64,000 nt of DNA, taken from contig NC_133618.1 of assembly GCF_048593235.1 (NCBI RefSeq), positions 676,060,361 to 676,124,360 on the forward strand, in the 5' to 3' direction. Numbering within the stretch: position 1 is the first letter of the stretch; every line of letters starts with the position of its first letter. This DNA is from Sminthopsis crassicaudata. Its lineage: Eukaryota. The notes beneath the pieces are model-generated. The model was not told the origin of the DNA and made no database searches. It saw only the letters and a list, made by a program, of their open reading frames with translations. Position numbers and translations under genes: made by a program. This document shows positions 1-13,134 of this stretch, piece after piece.

Positions 1-3000
1 AGTGAGCTCAGGTTCTGTGATTCCCGGATCGGGCCCGTGGACAAGGATTCTCACAGTGAGCTCAGGTTCTGTGATTCCCGGATCGGGCCGGAGGACAAGG
101 ATTCTCACAGTGAGCTCAGGTTCTGTGATTCCTGGATCGGGCCGGTGGACAAGGATTCTCACAGTGAGCTCAGGTTCTGTGATTCCCGGATCGGGCCCGT
201 GGACAAGGATTCTCACAGTGAGCTCAGGTTCTGTGATTCCCGGATCGGGCCCGTGGACAAGGATTCTCACAGTGAGCTCAGGTTCTGTGATTCCCGGATC
301 GGGCCCGTGGACAAGGATTCTCACAGTGAGCTCAGGTTCTGTGATTCCCGGATCGGGCCCGTGGACAAGGATTCTCACAGTGAGCTCAGGTTCTGTGATT
401 CCCGGATCAGGCCGGAGGACAAGGATTCTCACAGTGAGCTCAGGTTCTGTGATTCCCGGATCGGGCCGGTGGACAAGGATTCTCACAGTGAGCTCAGGTT
501 CTGTGATTCCCGGATCGGGCCCGCGGACAAGGATTCTCACAGTGAGCTCAGGTTCTGTGATTCCCGGATCCGGCCCGTGGACAAGGATTCTCACAGTGAG
601 CTCAGGTTCTGTGATTCCCGGATCGGGCCCGCGGACAAGGATTCTCACAGTGAGCTCAGGTTCTGTGATTCCCGGATCCGGCCCGTGGACAAGGATTCTC
701 ACAGTGAGCTCAGGTTCTGTGATTCCCGGATCCGGCCCGTGGACAAGGATTCTCACAGTAAGCTCAGGTTCTGTGGTTCCCGGATCAGGCCCGTGGACAA
801 GGATTCTCACAGTGAGCTCAGGTTCTGTGATTCCCGGATCAGGCTGGTGGACAAGGATTCTCACAGTGAGCTCAGATTCTGTGGTTCCCGGATCAGGCTG
901 GTGGACAAGGATTCTCACAGTGAGCTCAGATTCTGTGGTTCCCGGATCGGGCCGGTGGACAAGGATTCTTAAGTGAGCTCAGGTTCTGTGATTCCCGGAT
1001 CGGGCCGGTGGACAAGGATTCTTAAGTGAGCTCAGGTTCTGTGATTCCCGGATCGGGCCGGTGGACAAGGATTCTTAAGTGAGCTCAGGTTCTGTGGTTC
1101 CCGGATCGGGCCCGTGGACGAGGATTCTCACAGTAAGCTCAGGTTCTGTGATTCCCGGATCAGGCTGGTGGACAAGGATTCTCACAGTGAGCTCAGGCTC
1201 TGTGATTCCTGGATCAGGCCGGAGGACAAGGATTCTCACAGTGAGCTCAGGTTCTGTGATTCCCGGATCGGGCCGGTGGACAAGGATTCTCACATTGAGC
1301 TCAGGTTCTGTGGTTCCCGGATCAGGCTGGTGGACAAGGATTCTTAAGTGAGCTCAGGTTCTGTGATTCCCGGATCGGGCCGGTGGACAAGGATTCTCAC
1401 AGTGAGCTCAGGTTCTGTGATTCCCGGATCCAGCCGGTGGACGAGGATTCTCACAGTGAGCTCAGGTTCTGTGATTCCCGGATCGGGCCCGTGGACAAGG
1501 ATTCTCACAGTGAGCTCAGGTTCTGTGATTCCCGGATCCAGCCGGTGGACAAGGATTCTCACAGTGAGCTCAGGTTCTGTGATTCCTGGATCAGGCCGGA
1601 GGACAAGGATTCTCACAGTGAGCTCAGGTTCTGTGATTCCCGGATCCAGCCGGTGGACGAGGATTCTCACAGTGAGCTCAGGTTCTGTGATTCCCGGATC
1701 GGGCCCGTGGACAAGGATTCTCACAGTGAGCTCAGGTTCTGTGATTCCCGGATCGGGCCGGAGGACAAGGATTCTCACAGTGAGCTCAGGTTCTGTGATT
1801 CCTGGATCGGGCCGGTGGACAAGGATTCTCACAGTGAGCTCAGGTTCTGTGATTCCCGGATCGGGCCCGTGGACAAGGATTCTCACAGTGAGCTCAGGTT
1901 CTGTGATTCCCGGATCGGGCCCGTGGACAAGGATTCTCACAGTGAGCTCAGGTTCTGTGATTCCCGGATCGGGCCCGTGGACAAGGATTCTCACAGTGAG
2001 CTCAGGTTCTGTGATTCCCGGATCGGGCCCGTGGACAAGGATTCTCACAGTGAGCTCAGGTTCTGTGATTCCTGGATCAGGCCGGAGGACAAGGATTCTC
2101 ACAGTGAGCTCAGGTTCTGTGATTCCCGGATCGGGCCGGTGGACAAGGATTCTCACAGTGAGCTCAGGTTCTGTGATTCCCGGATCGGGCCCGCGGACAA
2201 GGATTCTCACAGTGAGCTCAGGTTCTGTGATTCCCGGATCCGGCCCGTGGACAAGGATTCTCACAGTGAGCTCAGGTTCTGTGATTCCCGGATCGGGCCC
2301 GCGGACAAGGATTCTCACAGTGAGCTCAGGTTCTGTGATTCCCGGATCCGGCCCGTGGACAAGGATTCTCACAGTGAGCTCAGGTTCTGTGATTCCCGGA
2401 TCCGGCCCGTGGACAAGGATTCTCACAGTGAGCTCAGGTTCTGTGATTCCCGGATCAGGCCGGAGGACAAGGATTCTCACAGTGAGCTCAGGTTCTGTGA
2501 TTCCCGGATCGGGCCGGTGGACAAGGATTCTCACAGTGAGCTCAGGTTCTGTGATTCCCGGATCGGGCCGGAGGACAAGGATTCTCACAGTGAGCTCAGG
2601 TTCTGTGATTCCTGGATCGGGCCGGTGGACAAGGATTCTCACAGTGAGCTCAGGTTCTGTGATTCCCGGATCGGGCCCGTGGACAAGGATTCTCACAGTG
2701 AGCTCAGGTTCTGTGATTCCCGGATCGGGCCCGTGGACAAGGATTCTCACAGTGAGCTCAGGTTCTGTGGTTCCCGGATCAGGCTGGTGGACAAGGATTC
2801 TCACAGTGAGCTCAGATTCTGTGGTTCCCGGATCGGGCCGGTGGACAAGGATTCTTAAGTGAGCTCAGGTTCTGTGATTCCCGGATCGGGCCGGTGGACA
2901 AGGATTCTTAAGTGAGCTCAGGTTCTGTGATTCCCGGATCGGGCCGGTGGACAAGGATTCTTAAGTGAGCTCAGGTTCTGTGGTTCCCGGATCGGGCCCG

Positions 3001-6000
3001 TGGACGAGGATTCTCACAGTAAGCTCAGGTTCTGTGATTCCCGGATCAGGCTGGTGGACAAGGATTCTCACAGTGAGCTCAGGTTCTGTGATTCCTGGAT
3101 CAGGCCGGAGGACAAGGATTCTCACAGTGAGCTCAGGTTCTGTGATTCCCGGATCGGGCCGGTGGACAAGGATTCTCACATTGAGCTCAGGTTCTGTGGT
3201 TCCCGGATCAGGCTGGTGGACAAGGATTCTTAAGTGAGCTCAGGTTCTGTGATTCCCGGATCGGGCCGGTGGACAAGGATTCTCACAGTGAGCTCAGGTT
3301 CTGTGATTCCCGGATCCAGCCGGTGGACGAGGATTCTCACAGTGAGCTCAGGTTCTGTGATTCCCGGATCGGGCCCGTGGACAAGGATTCTCACAGTGAG
3401 CTCAGGTTCTGTGATTCCCGGATCCAGCCAGTGGACAAGGATTCTCACAGTGAGCTCAGGTTCTGTGATTCCTGGATCAGGCCGGAGGACAAGGATTCTC
3501 ACAGTGAGCTCAGGTTCTGTGATTCCCGGATCAGGCTGGTGGACAAGGATTCTTAAGTGAGCTCAGGTTCTGTGATTCCCGGATCGGGCCGGTGGACAAG
3601 GATTCTCACAGTGAGCTCAGGTTCTGTGATTCCCGGATCGGGCCGGTGGACAAGGATTCTCACAGTGAGCTCAGGTTCTGTGATTCCTGGATCGGGCCCG
3701 CGGACAAGGATTCTCACAGTGAGCTCAGGTTCTGTGATTCCCGGATCCGGCCCGTGGACAAGGATTCTCACAGTGAGCTCAGGTTCTGTGATTCCCGGAT
3801 CGGGCCCGCGGACAAGGATTCTCACAGTGAGCTCAGGTTCTGTGATTCCCGGATCCGGCCCGTGGACAAGGATTCTCACAGTGAGCTCAGGTTCTGTGAT
3901 TCCCGGATCGGGCCGGCGGACAAGGATTCTCACAGTGAGCTCAGGTTCTGTGATTCCCGGATCCGGCCCGTGGACAAGGATTCTCACAGTAAGCTCAGGT
4001 TCTGTGGTTCCCGGATCAGGCCCGTGGACAAGGATTCTCACAGTGAGCTCAGGTTCTGTGATTCCCGGATCAGGCTGGTGGACAAGGATTCTCACAGTGA
4101 GCTCAGATTCTGTGGTTCCCGGATCAGGCTGGTGGACAAGGATTCTCACAGTGAGCTCAGATTCTGTGGTTCCCGGATCGGGCCGGTAGACAAGGATTCT
4201 TAAGTGAGCTCAGGTTCTGTGATTCCCGGATCGGGCCGGTGGACAAGGATTCTTAAGTGAGCTCAGGTTCTGTGATTCCCGGATCGGGCCGGTGGACAAG
4301 GATTCTTAAGTGAGCTCAGGTTCTGTGGTTCCCGGATCGGGCCCGTGGACGAGGATTCTCACAGTAAGCTCAGGTTCTGTGATTCCCGGATCAGGCTGGT
4401 GGACAAGGATTCTCACAGTGAGCTCAGGTTCTGTGATTCCTGGATCAGGCCGGAGGACAAGGATTCTCACAGTGAGCTCAGGTTCTGTGATTCCCGGATC
4501 GGGCCGGTGGACAAGGATTCTCACATTGAGCTCAGGTTCTGTGGTTCCCGGATCAGGCTGGTGGACAAGGATTCTCACAGTGAGCTCAGGTTCTGTGATT
4601 CCTGGATCAGGCCGGAGGACAAGGATTCTCACAGTGAGCTCAGGTTCTGTGATTCCCGGATCGGGCCCGTGGACAAGGATTCTCACAGTGAGCTCAGGTT
4701 CTGTGGTTCCCGGATCAGGCTGGTGGACAAGGATTCTCACAGTGAGCTCAGGTTCTGTGGTTCCCGGATCAGGCTGGTGGACAAGGATTCTTAAGTGAGC
4801 TCAGGTTCTGTGATTCCCGGATCGGGCCGGTGGACAAGGATTCTCACAGTGAGCTCAGGTTCTGTGATTCCCGGATCGGGCCGGTGGACAAGGATTCTCA
4901 CAGTGAGCTCAGGCTCTGTGATTCCTGGATCAGGCCGGTGGACGAGGATTCTCACAGTGAGCTCAGGTTCTGTGATTCCCGGATCGGGCCCGTGGACAAG
5001 GATTCTCACAGTGAGCTCAGGTTCTGTGGTTCCCGGATCAGGCTGGTGGACAAGGATTCTTAAGTGAGCTCAGGTTCTGTGATTCCCGGATCGGGCCGGT
5101 GGACAAGGATTCTCACAGTGAGCTCAGGTTCTGTGATTCCCGGATCCAGCCGGTGGACGAGGATTCTCACAGTGAGCTCAGGTTCTGTGATTCCCGGATC
5201 GGGCCCGTGGACAAGGATTCTCACAGTGAGCTCAGGTTCTGTGATTTCCGGATCCAGCCGGTGGACAAGGATTCTCACAGTGAGCTCAGGTTCTGTGATT
5301 CCTGGATCAGGCCGGAGGACAAGGATTCTCACAGTGAGCTCAGGTTCTGTGATTCCCGGATCGGGCCCGTGGACAAGGATTCTTACAATGAGCTCAGGTT
5401 CTGTGATTCCCGGATCGGGCCGGTGGACAAGGATTCTCACAGTGAGCTCAGGTTCTGTGATTCCCGGATCGGGCCGGAGGACAAGGATTCTCACAGTGAG
5501 CTCAGGTTCTGTGATTCCTGGATCGGGCCGGTGGACAAGGATTCTCACAGTGAGCTCAGGTTCTGTGATTCCCGGATCGGGCCCGTGGACAAGGATTCTC
5601 ACAGTGAGCTCAGGTTCTGTGATTCCCGGATCGGGCCGGAGGACAAGGATTCTCACAGTGAGCTCAGGTTCTGTGATTCCCGGATCGGGCCGGTGGACAA
5701 GGATTCTCACAGTGAGCTCAGGTTCTGTGATTCCCGGATCGGGCCCGTGGACAAGGATTCTCACAGTGAGCTCAGGTTCTGTGATTCCCGGATCGGGCCC
5801 GTGGACAAGGATTCTCACAGTGAGCTCAGGTTCTGTGATTCCCGGATCGGGCCCGTGGACAAGGATTCTCACAGTGAGCTCAGGTTCTGTGATTCCCGGA
5901 TCGGGCCCGTGGACAAGGATTCTCACAGTGAGCTCAGGTTCTGTGATTCCCGGATCAGGCCGGAGGACAAGGATTCTCACAGTGAGCTCAGGTTCTGTGA

Positions 6001-9000
6001 TTCCCGGATCGGGCCGGTGGACAAGGATTCTCACAGTGAGCTCAGGTTCTGTGATTCCCGGATCGGGCCCGCGGACAAGGATTCTCACAGTGAGCTCAGG
6101 TTCTGTGATTCCCGGATCCGGCCCGTGGACAAGGATTCTCACAGTGAGCTCAGGTTCTGTGATTCCCGGATCGGGCCCGCGGACAAGGATTCTCACAGTG
6201 AGCTCAGGTTCTGTGATTCCCGGATCCGGCCCGTGGACAAGGATTCTCACAGTGAGCTCAGGTTCTGTGATTCCCGGATCCGGCCCGTGGACAAGGATTC
6301 TCACAGTAAGCTCAGGTTCTGTGGTTCCCGGATCAGGCCCGTGGACAAGGATTCTCACAGTGAGCTCAGGTTCTGTGATTCCCGGATCAGGCCGGTGGAC
6401 AAGGATTCTCACAGTGAGCTCAGATTCTGTGGTTCCCGGATCAGGCTGGTGGACAAGGATTCTCACAGTGAGCTCAGATTCTGTGGTTCCCGGATCGGGC
6501 CGGTGGACAAGGATTCTTAAGTGAGCTCAGGTTCTGTGATTCCCGGATCGGGCCGGTGGACAAGGATTCTTAAGTGAGCTCAGGTTCTGTGATTCCCGGA
6601 TCGGGCCGGTGGACAAGGATTCTTAAGTGAGCTCAGGTTCTGTGGTTCCCGGATCGGGCCCGTGGACGAGGATTCTCACAGTAAGCTCAGGTTCTGTGAT
6701 TCCCGGATCAGGCTGGTGGACAAGGATTCTCACAGTGAGCTCAGGTTCTGTGATTCCTGGATCAGGCCGGAGGACAAGGATTCTCACAGTGAGCTCAGGT
6801 TCTGTGATTCCCGGATCGGGCCGGTGGACAAGGATTCTCACATTGAGCTCAGGTTCTGTGGTTCCCGGATCAGGCTGGTGGACAAGGATTCTTAAGTGAG
6901 CTCAGGTTCTGTGATTCCCGGATCGGGCCGGTGGACAAGGATTCTCACAGTGAGCTCAGGTTCTGTGATTCCCGGATCCAGCCGGTGGACGAGGATTCTC
7001 ACAGTGAGCTCAGGTTCTGTGATTCCCGGATCGGGCCCGTGGACAAGGATTCTCACAGTGAGCTCAGGTTCTGTGATTCCCGGATCCAGCCGGTGGACAA
7101 GGATTCTCACAGTGAGCTCAGGTTCTGTGATTCCTGGATCAGGCCGGAGGACAAGGATTCTCACAGTGAGCTCAGGTTCTGTGATTCCCGGATCGGGCCG
7201 GTGGACAAGGATTCTCACAGTGAGCTCAGGTTCTGTGATTCCTGGATCGGGCCCGCGGACAAGGATTCTCACAGTGAGCTCAGGTTCTGTGATTCCCGGA
7301 TCCGGCCCGTGGACAAGGATTCTCACAGTGAGCTCAGGTTCTGTGATTCCCGGATCGGGCCCGCGGACAAGGATTCTCACAGTGAGCTCAGGTTCTGTGA
7401 TTCCCGGATCCGGCCCGTGGACAAGGATTCTCACAGTGAGCTCAGGTTCTGTGATTCCCGGATCGGGCCGGCGGACAAGGATTCTCACAGTGAGCTCAGG
7501 TTCTGTGATTCCCGGATCCGGCCCGTGGACAAGGATTCTCACAGTAAGCTCAGGTTCTGTGGTTCCCGGATCAGGCCCGTGGACAAGGATTCTCACAGTG
7601 AGCTCAGGTTCTGTGATTCCCGGATCAGGCTGGTGGACAAGGATTCTCACAGTGAGCTCAGATTCTGTGGTTCCCGGATCAGGCTGGTGGACAAGGATTC
7701 TCACAGTGAGCTCAGATTCTGTGGTTCCCGGATCGGGCCGGTAGACAAGGATTCTTAAGTGAGCTCAGGTTCTGTGATTCCCGGATCGGGCCGGTGGACA
7801 AGGATTCTTAAGTGAGCTCAGGTTCTGTGATTCCCGGATCGGGCCGGTGGACAAGGATTCTTAAGTGAGCTCAGGTTCTGTGGTTCCCGGATCGGGCCCG
7901 TGGACGAGGATTCTCACAGTAAGCTCAGGTTCTGTGATTCCCGGATCAGGCTGGTGGACAAGGATTCTCACAGTGAGCTCAGGTTCTGTGATTCCTGGAT
8001 CAGGCCGGAGGACAAGGATTCTCACAGTGAGCTCAGGTTCTGTGATTCCCGGATCGGGCCGGTGGACAAGGATTCTCACATTGAGCTCAGGTTCTGTGGT
8101 TCCCGGATCAGGCTGGTGGACAAGGATTCTCACAGTGAGCTCAGGTTCTGTGATTCCCGGATCGGGCCCGTGGACAAGGATTCTCACAGTGAGCTCAGGT
8201 TCTGTGGTTCCCGGATCAGGCTGGTGGACAAGGATTCTCACAGTGAGCTCAGGTTCTGTGGTTCCCGGATCAGGCTGGTGGACAAGGATTCTCACAGTGA
8301 GCTCAGATTCTGTGATTCCCGGATCGGGCCGGTGGACGAGGATTCTCACAGTGAGCTCAGGTTCTGTGGTTCCCGGATCAGGCTGGTGGACAAGGATTCT
8401 CACAGTGAGCTCAGGTTCTGTGATTCCCGGATCAGGCTGGTGGACAAGGATTCTCACAGTGAGCTCAGGTTCTGTGGTTCCCGGATCCAGCCGGTGGACA
8501 AGGATTCTCACAGTGAGCTCAGGTTCTGTGATTCCCGGATCAGGCTGGTGGACAAGGATTCTCACAGTGAGCTCAGGTTCTGTGATTCCTGGATCAGGCC
8601 CGCGGACAAGGATTCTCACAGTGAGCTCAGGTTCTGTGGTTCCCGGATCGGGCCCGTGGACAAGGATTCTCACAGTGAGCTCAGGTTCTGTGATTCCCGG
8701 ATCAGGCCGGCGGACAAGGATTCTCACAGTGAGCTCAGGTTCTGTGGTTCCCGGATCGGGCCGGAGGACAAGGATTCTCACAGTGAGCTCAGGTTCTGTG
8801 GTTCCCGGATCGGGCCGGAGGACAAGGATTCTCACAGTGAGCTCAGGTTCTGTGGTTCCCGGATCGGGCCGGAGGACAAGGATTCTCACAGTGAGCTCAG
8901 GTTCTGTGGTTCCCGGATCAGGCTGGTGGACAAGGATTCTCACAGTGAGCTCAGGTTCTGTGATTCCCAGATTGGGCCGGCGGACAAGGATTCTCACAGT

Positions 9001-10829
9001 GAGCTCAGGTTCTGTGATTCCCGGATCGGGCCGGAGGACAAGGATTCTCACAGTGAGCTCAGGTTCTGTGGTTCCCGGATCGGGTCAGTGGACAAGGATT
9101 CTCACAGTGAGTTCAGGTTCTGTGATTCCCGGATCGGGCCCGTGGACAAGGATTCTCACAGTGAGCTCAGGTTCTGTGATTCCCGGATCGGGCCGGCGGA
9201 CAAGGATTCTCACAGTGAGCTCAGGTTCTGTGATTCCTGGATCGGGCCCGCGGACAAGGATTCTCACAGTGAGCTCAGGTTCTGTGGTTCCCGGATCGGG
9301 CCGGAGGACAAGGATTCTTAAGTGAGCTCAGGTTCTGTGATTCCCGGATCGGGTCAGTGGACAAGGATTCTCACAGTGAGTTCAGGTTCTGTGGTTCCCG
9401 GATCGGGCCCGTGGACAAGGATTCTCACAGTGAGTTCAGGTTCTGTGGTTCCCGGATCGGGTCAGTGGACAAGGATTCTCACAGTGAGCTCAGGTTCTGT
9501 GATTCCCGGATCGGGTCAGTGGACAAGGATTCTCACAGTGAGTTCAGGTTCTGTGGTTCCCGGATCGGGCCCGTGGACAAGGATTCTCACAGTGAGTTCA
9601 GGTTCTGTGGTTCCCGGATCGGGCCGGAGGACAAGGATTCTCACAGTGAGCTCAGGTTCTGTGGTTCCCGGATCGGGCCGGAGGACAAGGATTCTCACAG
9701 TGAGCTCAGGTTCTGTGGTTCCCGGATCAGGCTGGTGGACAAGGATTCTCACAGTGAGCTTAGGTTCTGTGATTCCCAGATTGGGCCGGCGGACAAGGAT
9801 TCTCACAGTGAGCTCAGGTTCTGTGATTCCCGGATCGGGCCGGTGGACAAGGATTCTCACAGTGAGCTCAGGTTCTGTGGTTCCCGGATCGGGTCAGTGG
9901 ACAAGGATTCTCACAGTGAGTTCAGGTTCTGTGATTCCCGGATCGGGCCCGTGGACAAGGATTCTCACAGTGAGCTCAGGTTCTGTGATTCCCGGATCGG
10001 GCCGGCGGACAAGGATTCTCACAGTGAGCTCAGGTTCTGTGATTCCTGGATCGGGCCCGCGGACAAGGATTCTCACAGTGAGCTCAGGTTCTGTGGTTCC
10101 CGGATCGGGTCAGTGGACAAGGATTCTCACAGTGAGTTCAGGTTCTGTGGTTCCCGGATCGGGCCCGTGGACAAGGATTCTCACAGTGAGTTCAGGTTCT
10201 GTGGTTCCCGGATCGGGTCAGTGGACAAGGATTCTCACAGTGAGCTCAGGTTCTGTGATTCCTGGATCGGGCCCGCGGACAAGGATTCTCACAGTGAGCT
10301 CAGGTTCTGTGATTCCCGGATCGGGCCCGTGGACAAGGATTCTCACAGTGAGCTCAGGTTCTGTGATTCCCGGATCCAGCCGGTGGACAAGGATTCTCAC
10401 AGTGAGCTCAGGTTCTGTGATTCCCGGATCGGGCCCGTGGACAAGGATTCTCACAGTGAGCTCAGGTTCTGTGATTCCCGGATCGGGCCCGTGGACAAGG
10501 ATTCTCACAGTGAGCTCAGGTTCTGTGATTCCTGGATCAGGCCGGAGGACAAGGATTCTCACAGTGAGCTCAGGTTCTGTGATTCCCGGATCGGGCCGGT
10601 GGACAAGGATTCTCACATTGAGCTCAGGTTCTGTGGTTCCCGGATCAGGCTGGTGGACAAGGATTCTTAAGTGAGCTCAGGTTCTGTGATTCCCGGATCG
10701 GGCCCGTGGACAAGGATTCTCACAGTGAGCTCAGGTTCTGTGGTTCCCGGATCGGGCCGGAGGACAAGGATTCTCACAGTGAGCTCAGGTTCTGTGATTC
10801 CCGGGTCAGGCCCGTGGACAAGGATTCTT
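1..10829. repeat. 54-bp tandem repeat (large minisatellite/locus-specific satellite), about 200 units, left end outside the window
   Basis: Unit AGTGAGCTCAGGTTCTGTGATTCCCGGATCGGGCCCGTGGACAAGGATTCTCAC repeats head to tail from base 1 to about 10829. About 23 units are a 53-bp variant (TCTTAAGTG instead of TCTCACAGTG). Most substitutions fall in unit positions 31-38. Confidence 0.99.
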
Positions 10830-10835
10830 GATCCG

Positions 10836-10880
10836 GGCTGGTTGGAGTGATCTCTCCGGGTGCCTTCAGCTTCTAAAATA
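10836..10880 (+). mobile_element. Decayed MIR/MIR3 3' end at the right edge of the 54-bp array
   Basis: GGCTGGTTGGAGTGATCTCTCCGGGTGCCTTCAGCTTCTAAAAT resembles the recalled MIR tail GGTTGGACTAGATGATCTCTAAGGTCCCTTCCAGCTCTAAAAT. Confidence 0.5.
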
Positions 10881-12974
10881 ACAGGTATTTTCTGTGAAGG
10901 CCTAATGATCTCTGGATCAGAGATCTGGTGAAATTACACCGAGGTCTGTCCTTAAGACAGCCTCCAGCCCTGGTTTAAGGAGGGCCGTGGCCAAGGGCCT
11001 TCCTAGGATTTCTTGTGATCCTAGAAGCGGGAACTTGTCCTCAGAGGTAGGTAAAGGGGGCTGTCAAAGGAACGAGCTCTGAATTTTGTCTCCTTGAGCT
11101 TGAAAGAGGCAACCCATCCAATCAGAAATGCCAGCAAGACTGGTGAATCCATGCAGAAATCCCGATCAGAAAGGCTTTCTCCGACCTTAGGTCTCCATCT
11201 GAACTCTATAACGGACAGTGTCTGTGATGGGGGGCTGGGGCAGGAATGAAGGGGGAGGGTACTAATTCTGTGAGGAGACTCGTTAGGGAGCACGAGGAGG
11301 AAGCTGCTGAAGTGCAGTGCTGTCCTTGAGGAATCCATCTGACTCTGCGTTAGAAACATCTGTTCTGCTCTTGACTAACTTGTCAGGAACATCTGTCCTC
11401 CAGAGGCAGAAGGGACCATGGGAAGCACAATCAGATCCTTAGAACTTAGAGCATCAGAGTGCCCAAAGACAATTTGGAGAGACCTTAGAGCTTTGGAAGG
11501 ACCTTCGAACTTCAGAGCTGGATGGGTCCTTCTTGATCTAAACTGGCGAAGCCGGGATCTGGCGACGTCAGAGCACGTGGATGTGGATGTGGATTGCGGA
11601 GACCTCACCAGCAGCTCCCTATTTCTTTCAGGTTTCTGAAGCACATTTGGCCATGTGATATTGAACGTTGATGCTGGGAGGTACTTTGGAATATTGGATA
11701 TTGGAGTTACAAGAGCTTAGGGCATAGAATCTCAGAGGTGGAAGGGACCCCAGGGCAGGAGATGGTAGAGGTGGAAGGAAATTTAGAAATTAGACCTTGG
11801 GACATAGAAAGGAAAAGGTCGGAGCTCTGAAGACCTTCACATGACCCATCCCTCCTCTGACATCTCATGAATGAGACCCAGAAAGGGAGCAGCGGCTTTT
11901 TGAGTGAAACGCCCGTGGTAATTCACGCATTAAGGAAGACGGCTTTTTCGTGTCTTGAGGGCTCCAAAGCCTCCCTGCCTGCGCCGCCTTTCCACCTTCT
12001 GATGGCTGTAACTCTCCCGTGGACGGCCACGTTTGGCGCGGGAGCTCCTGCAGCCCCTTAGCACGCTGTCCCTGTGCAATTGGGTGCTCTCTAATAGCTC
12101 CAGACAAGACTCGCCAATGGCTACTTAAGTAGGTTACAGCTTCACAAGCGCGAATCGCTGATGTGGAGCGAGGCAGTCACAACGCGAGTTAGAAGAGGAG
12201 AAAAGGTCAGAGCGTTATCATTTTTGTATCGTGGCCCCCCCACGCTTACATTGCTGCAGACACATCACTGACAAGGGCGGAAAAGTGCAAGTTGAAATTG
12301 CTGGTCAGAAAATAAAATTTTGGAGTAATTGAATTATTATTGCAAAGAAACCCCCTCCTTCCCGCCAAAGCACCAGCGGCTCAGGTTGATGCTTCGCGGG
12401 AAATGGTCCTGCGTTAATTTTAGAGAAGAATGGAACAAAATGAATGCATGTAAGATCCCTGCCCGAGCTCCAGCTCTGATGGGACCCCATGGCCTTAGAG
12501 GGGATGAATGGATGGGTAATGCAATGTGCACCTCCTGAGCATCCCGCAGTGGAGCGGAAAGCCTAGTTGCTTTGTGAGTGCAACACTCCTCTTCCCTCCC
12601 TCTACCTTGATGTCTCTGGATCAGCGAGCTCATGGAATAACACTTCCTTCAGGCTTTCCCTTTAAATCAGAACTAAGTTTTCTTCAAAGATCATGCAACT
12701 CAAGCTGTATCTTTGTTTTGTTTTTTAAATTTGATTTTTATTTAGAACTTAAATAATGAATGAAATGAACTTTTTATTGGACAAAACCGTGGCATTGTAC
12801 ATGAGGCTGTAAAGCTACTTGATATAAATATTTTCCTTTTATTCCCCCCCCCCCCCCCACCCAGTGTAAGATAAATTAAGTGGATAAATCTCAAAGCTTC
12901 TCTGCTGGTTTGTGATTGCTTCTGGACTTTTTTCCCTCCTTACCATCTCCCCCTAATTCCGGCATTCTACCCTG

Positions 12975-13117
12975 TTTTTTTTTTTTTCCCCTGAGGCAAC
13001 TGGAGTTAAGTGACTTGCTCAGGGTCACATAGCTAGGAAGTGTTGAGATCAAATTTGAACTCATATCCTTCTGACTTCAGGTCTGGTGCTCTATGTACTG
13101 CACCCCCTAGCTGCCCC
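12975..13117 (-). mobile_element. WSINE1-type marsupial tRNA-derived CORE-SINE
   Basis: Reverse complement starts GGGGCAGCTAGGGGGTGCAGTACATAGAGCACCAGACCTGAAGTCAG and ends in poly(A) (T run 12975-12987). Degenerate flanking repeats TTCTACCCTGT (12965-12975) and TCCTGCCCTGT (13118-13128). Confidence 0.85.
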
Positions 13118-13134
13118 TCCTGCCCTGTACTTTA

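Noticed and set aside
37-972. Possible zinc-finger (PRDM9/KRAB-like) minisatellite because the frame contains His and Cys
   Set aside because: C2H2 arrays have an 84-bp, 28-aa period with CxxC...HxxxH and TGEKP linkers. None of these is present.
2-10674. Many 70-500 aa ORFs made of 18-aa repeats (SSGSVIPGSGPWTRILTV, DKDSHSELRFCDSRIGPV, RILVHGPDPGITEPELTV)
   Set aside because: The 54-bp unit is a multiple of 3 and stop-free in three frames at once. The ORFs break exactly at the 53-bp variants and have no splice or start context. They are artefacts of the array.
960-10680. Recurrent TTAA as piggyBac target sites
   Set aside because: TTAA is simply a 1-bp-shorter unit variant. No TIRs or inserted sequence lie between the copies.
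1-10829. CRISPR-like appearance (constant block plus variable block)
   Set aside because: The variable part is only about 8 bp and reuses a few related alleles rather than unique 25-45 bp spacers. There are no cas genes and the context is a mammalian intron.
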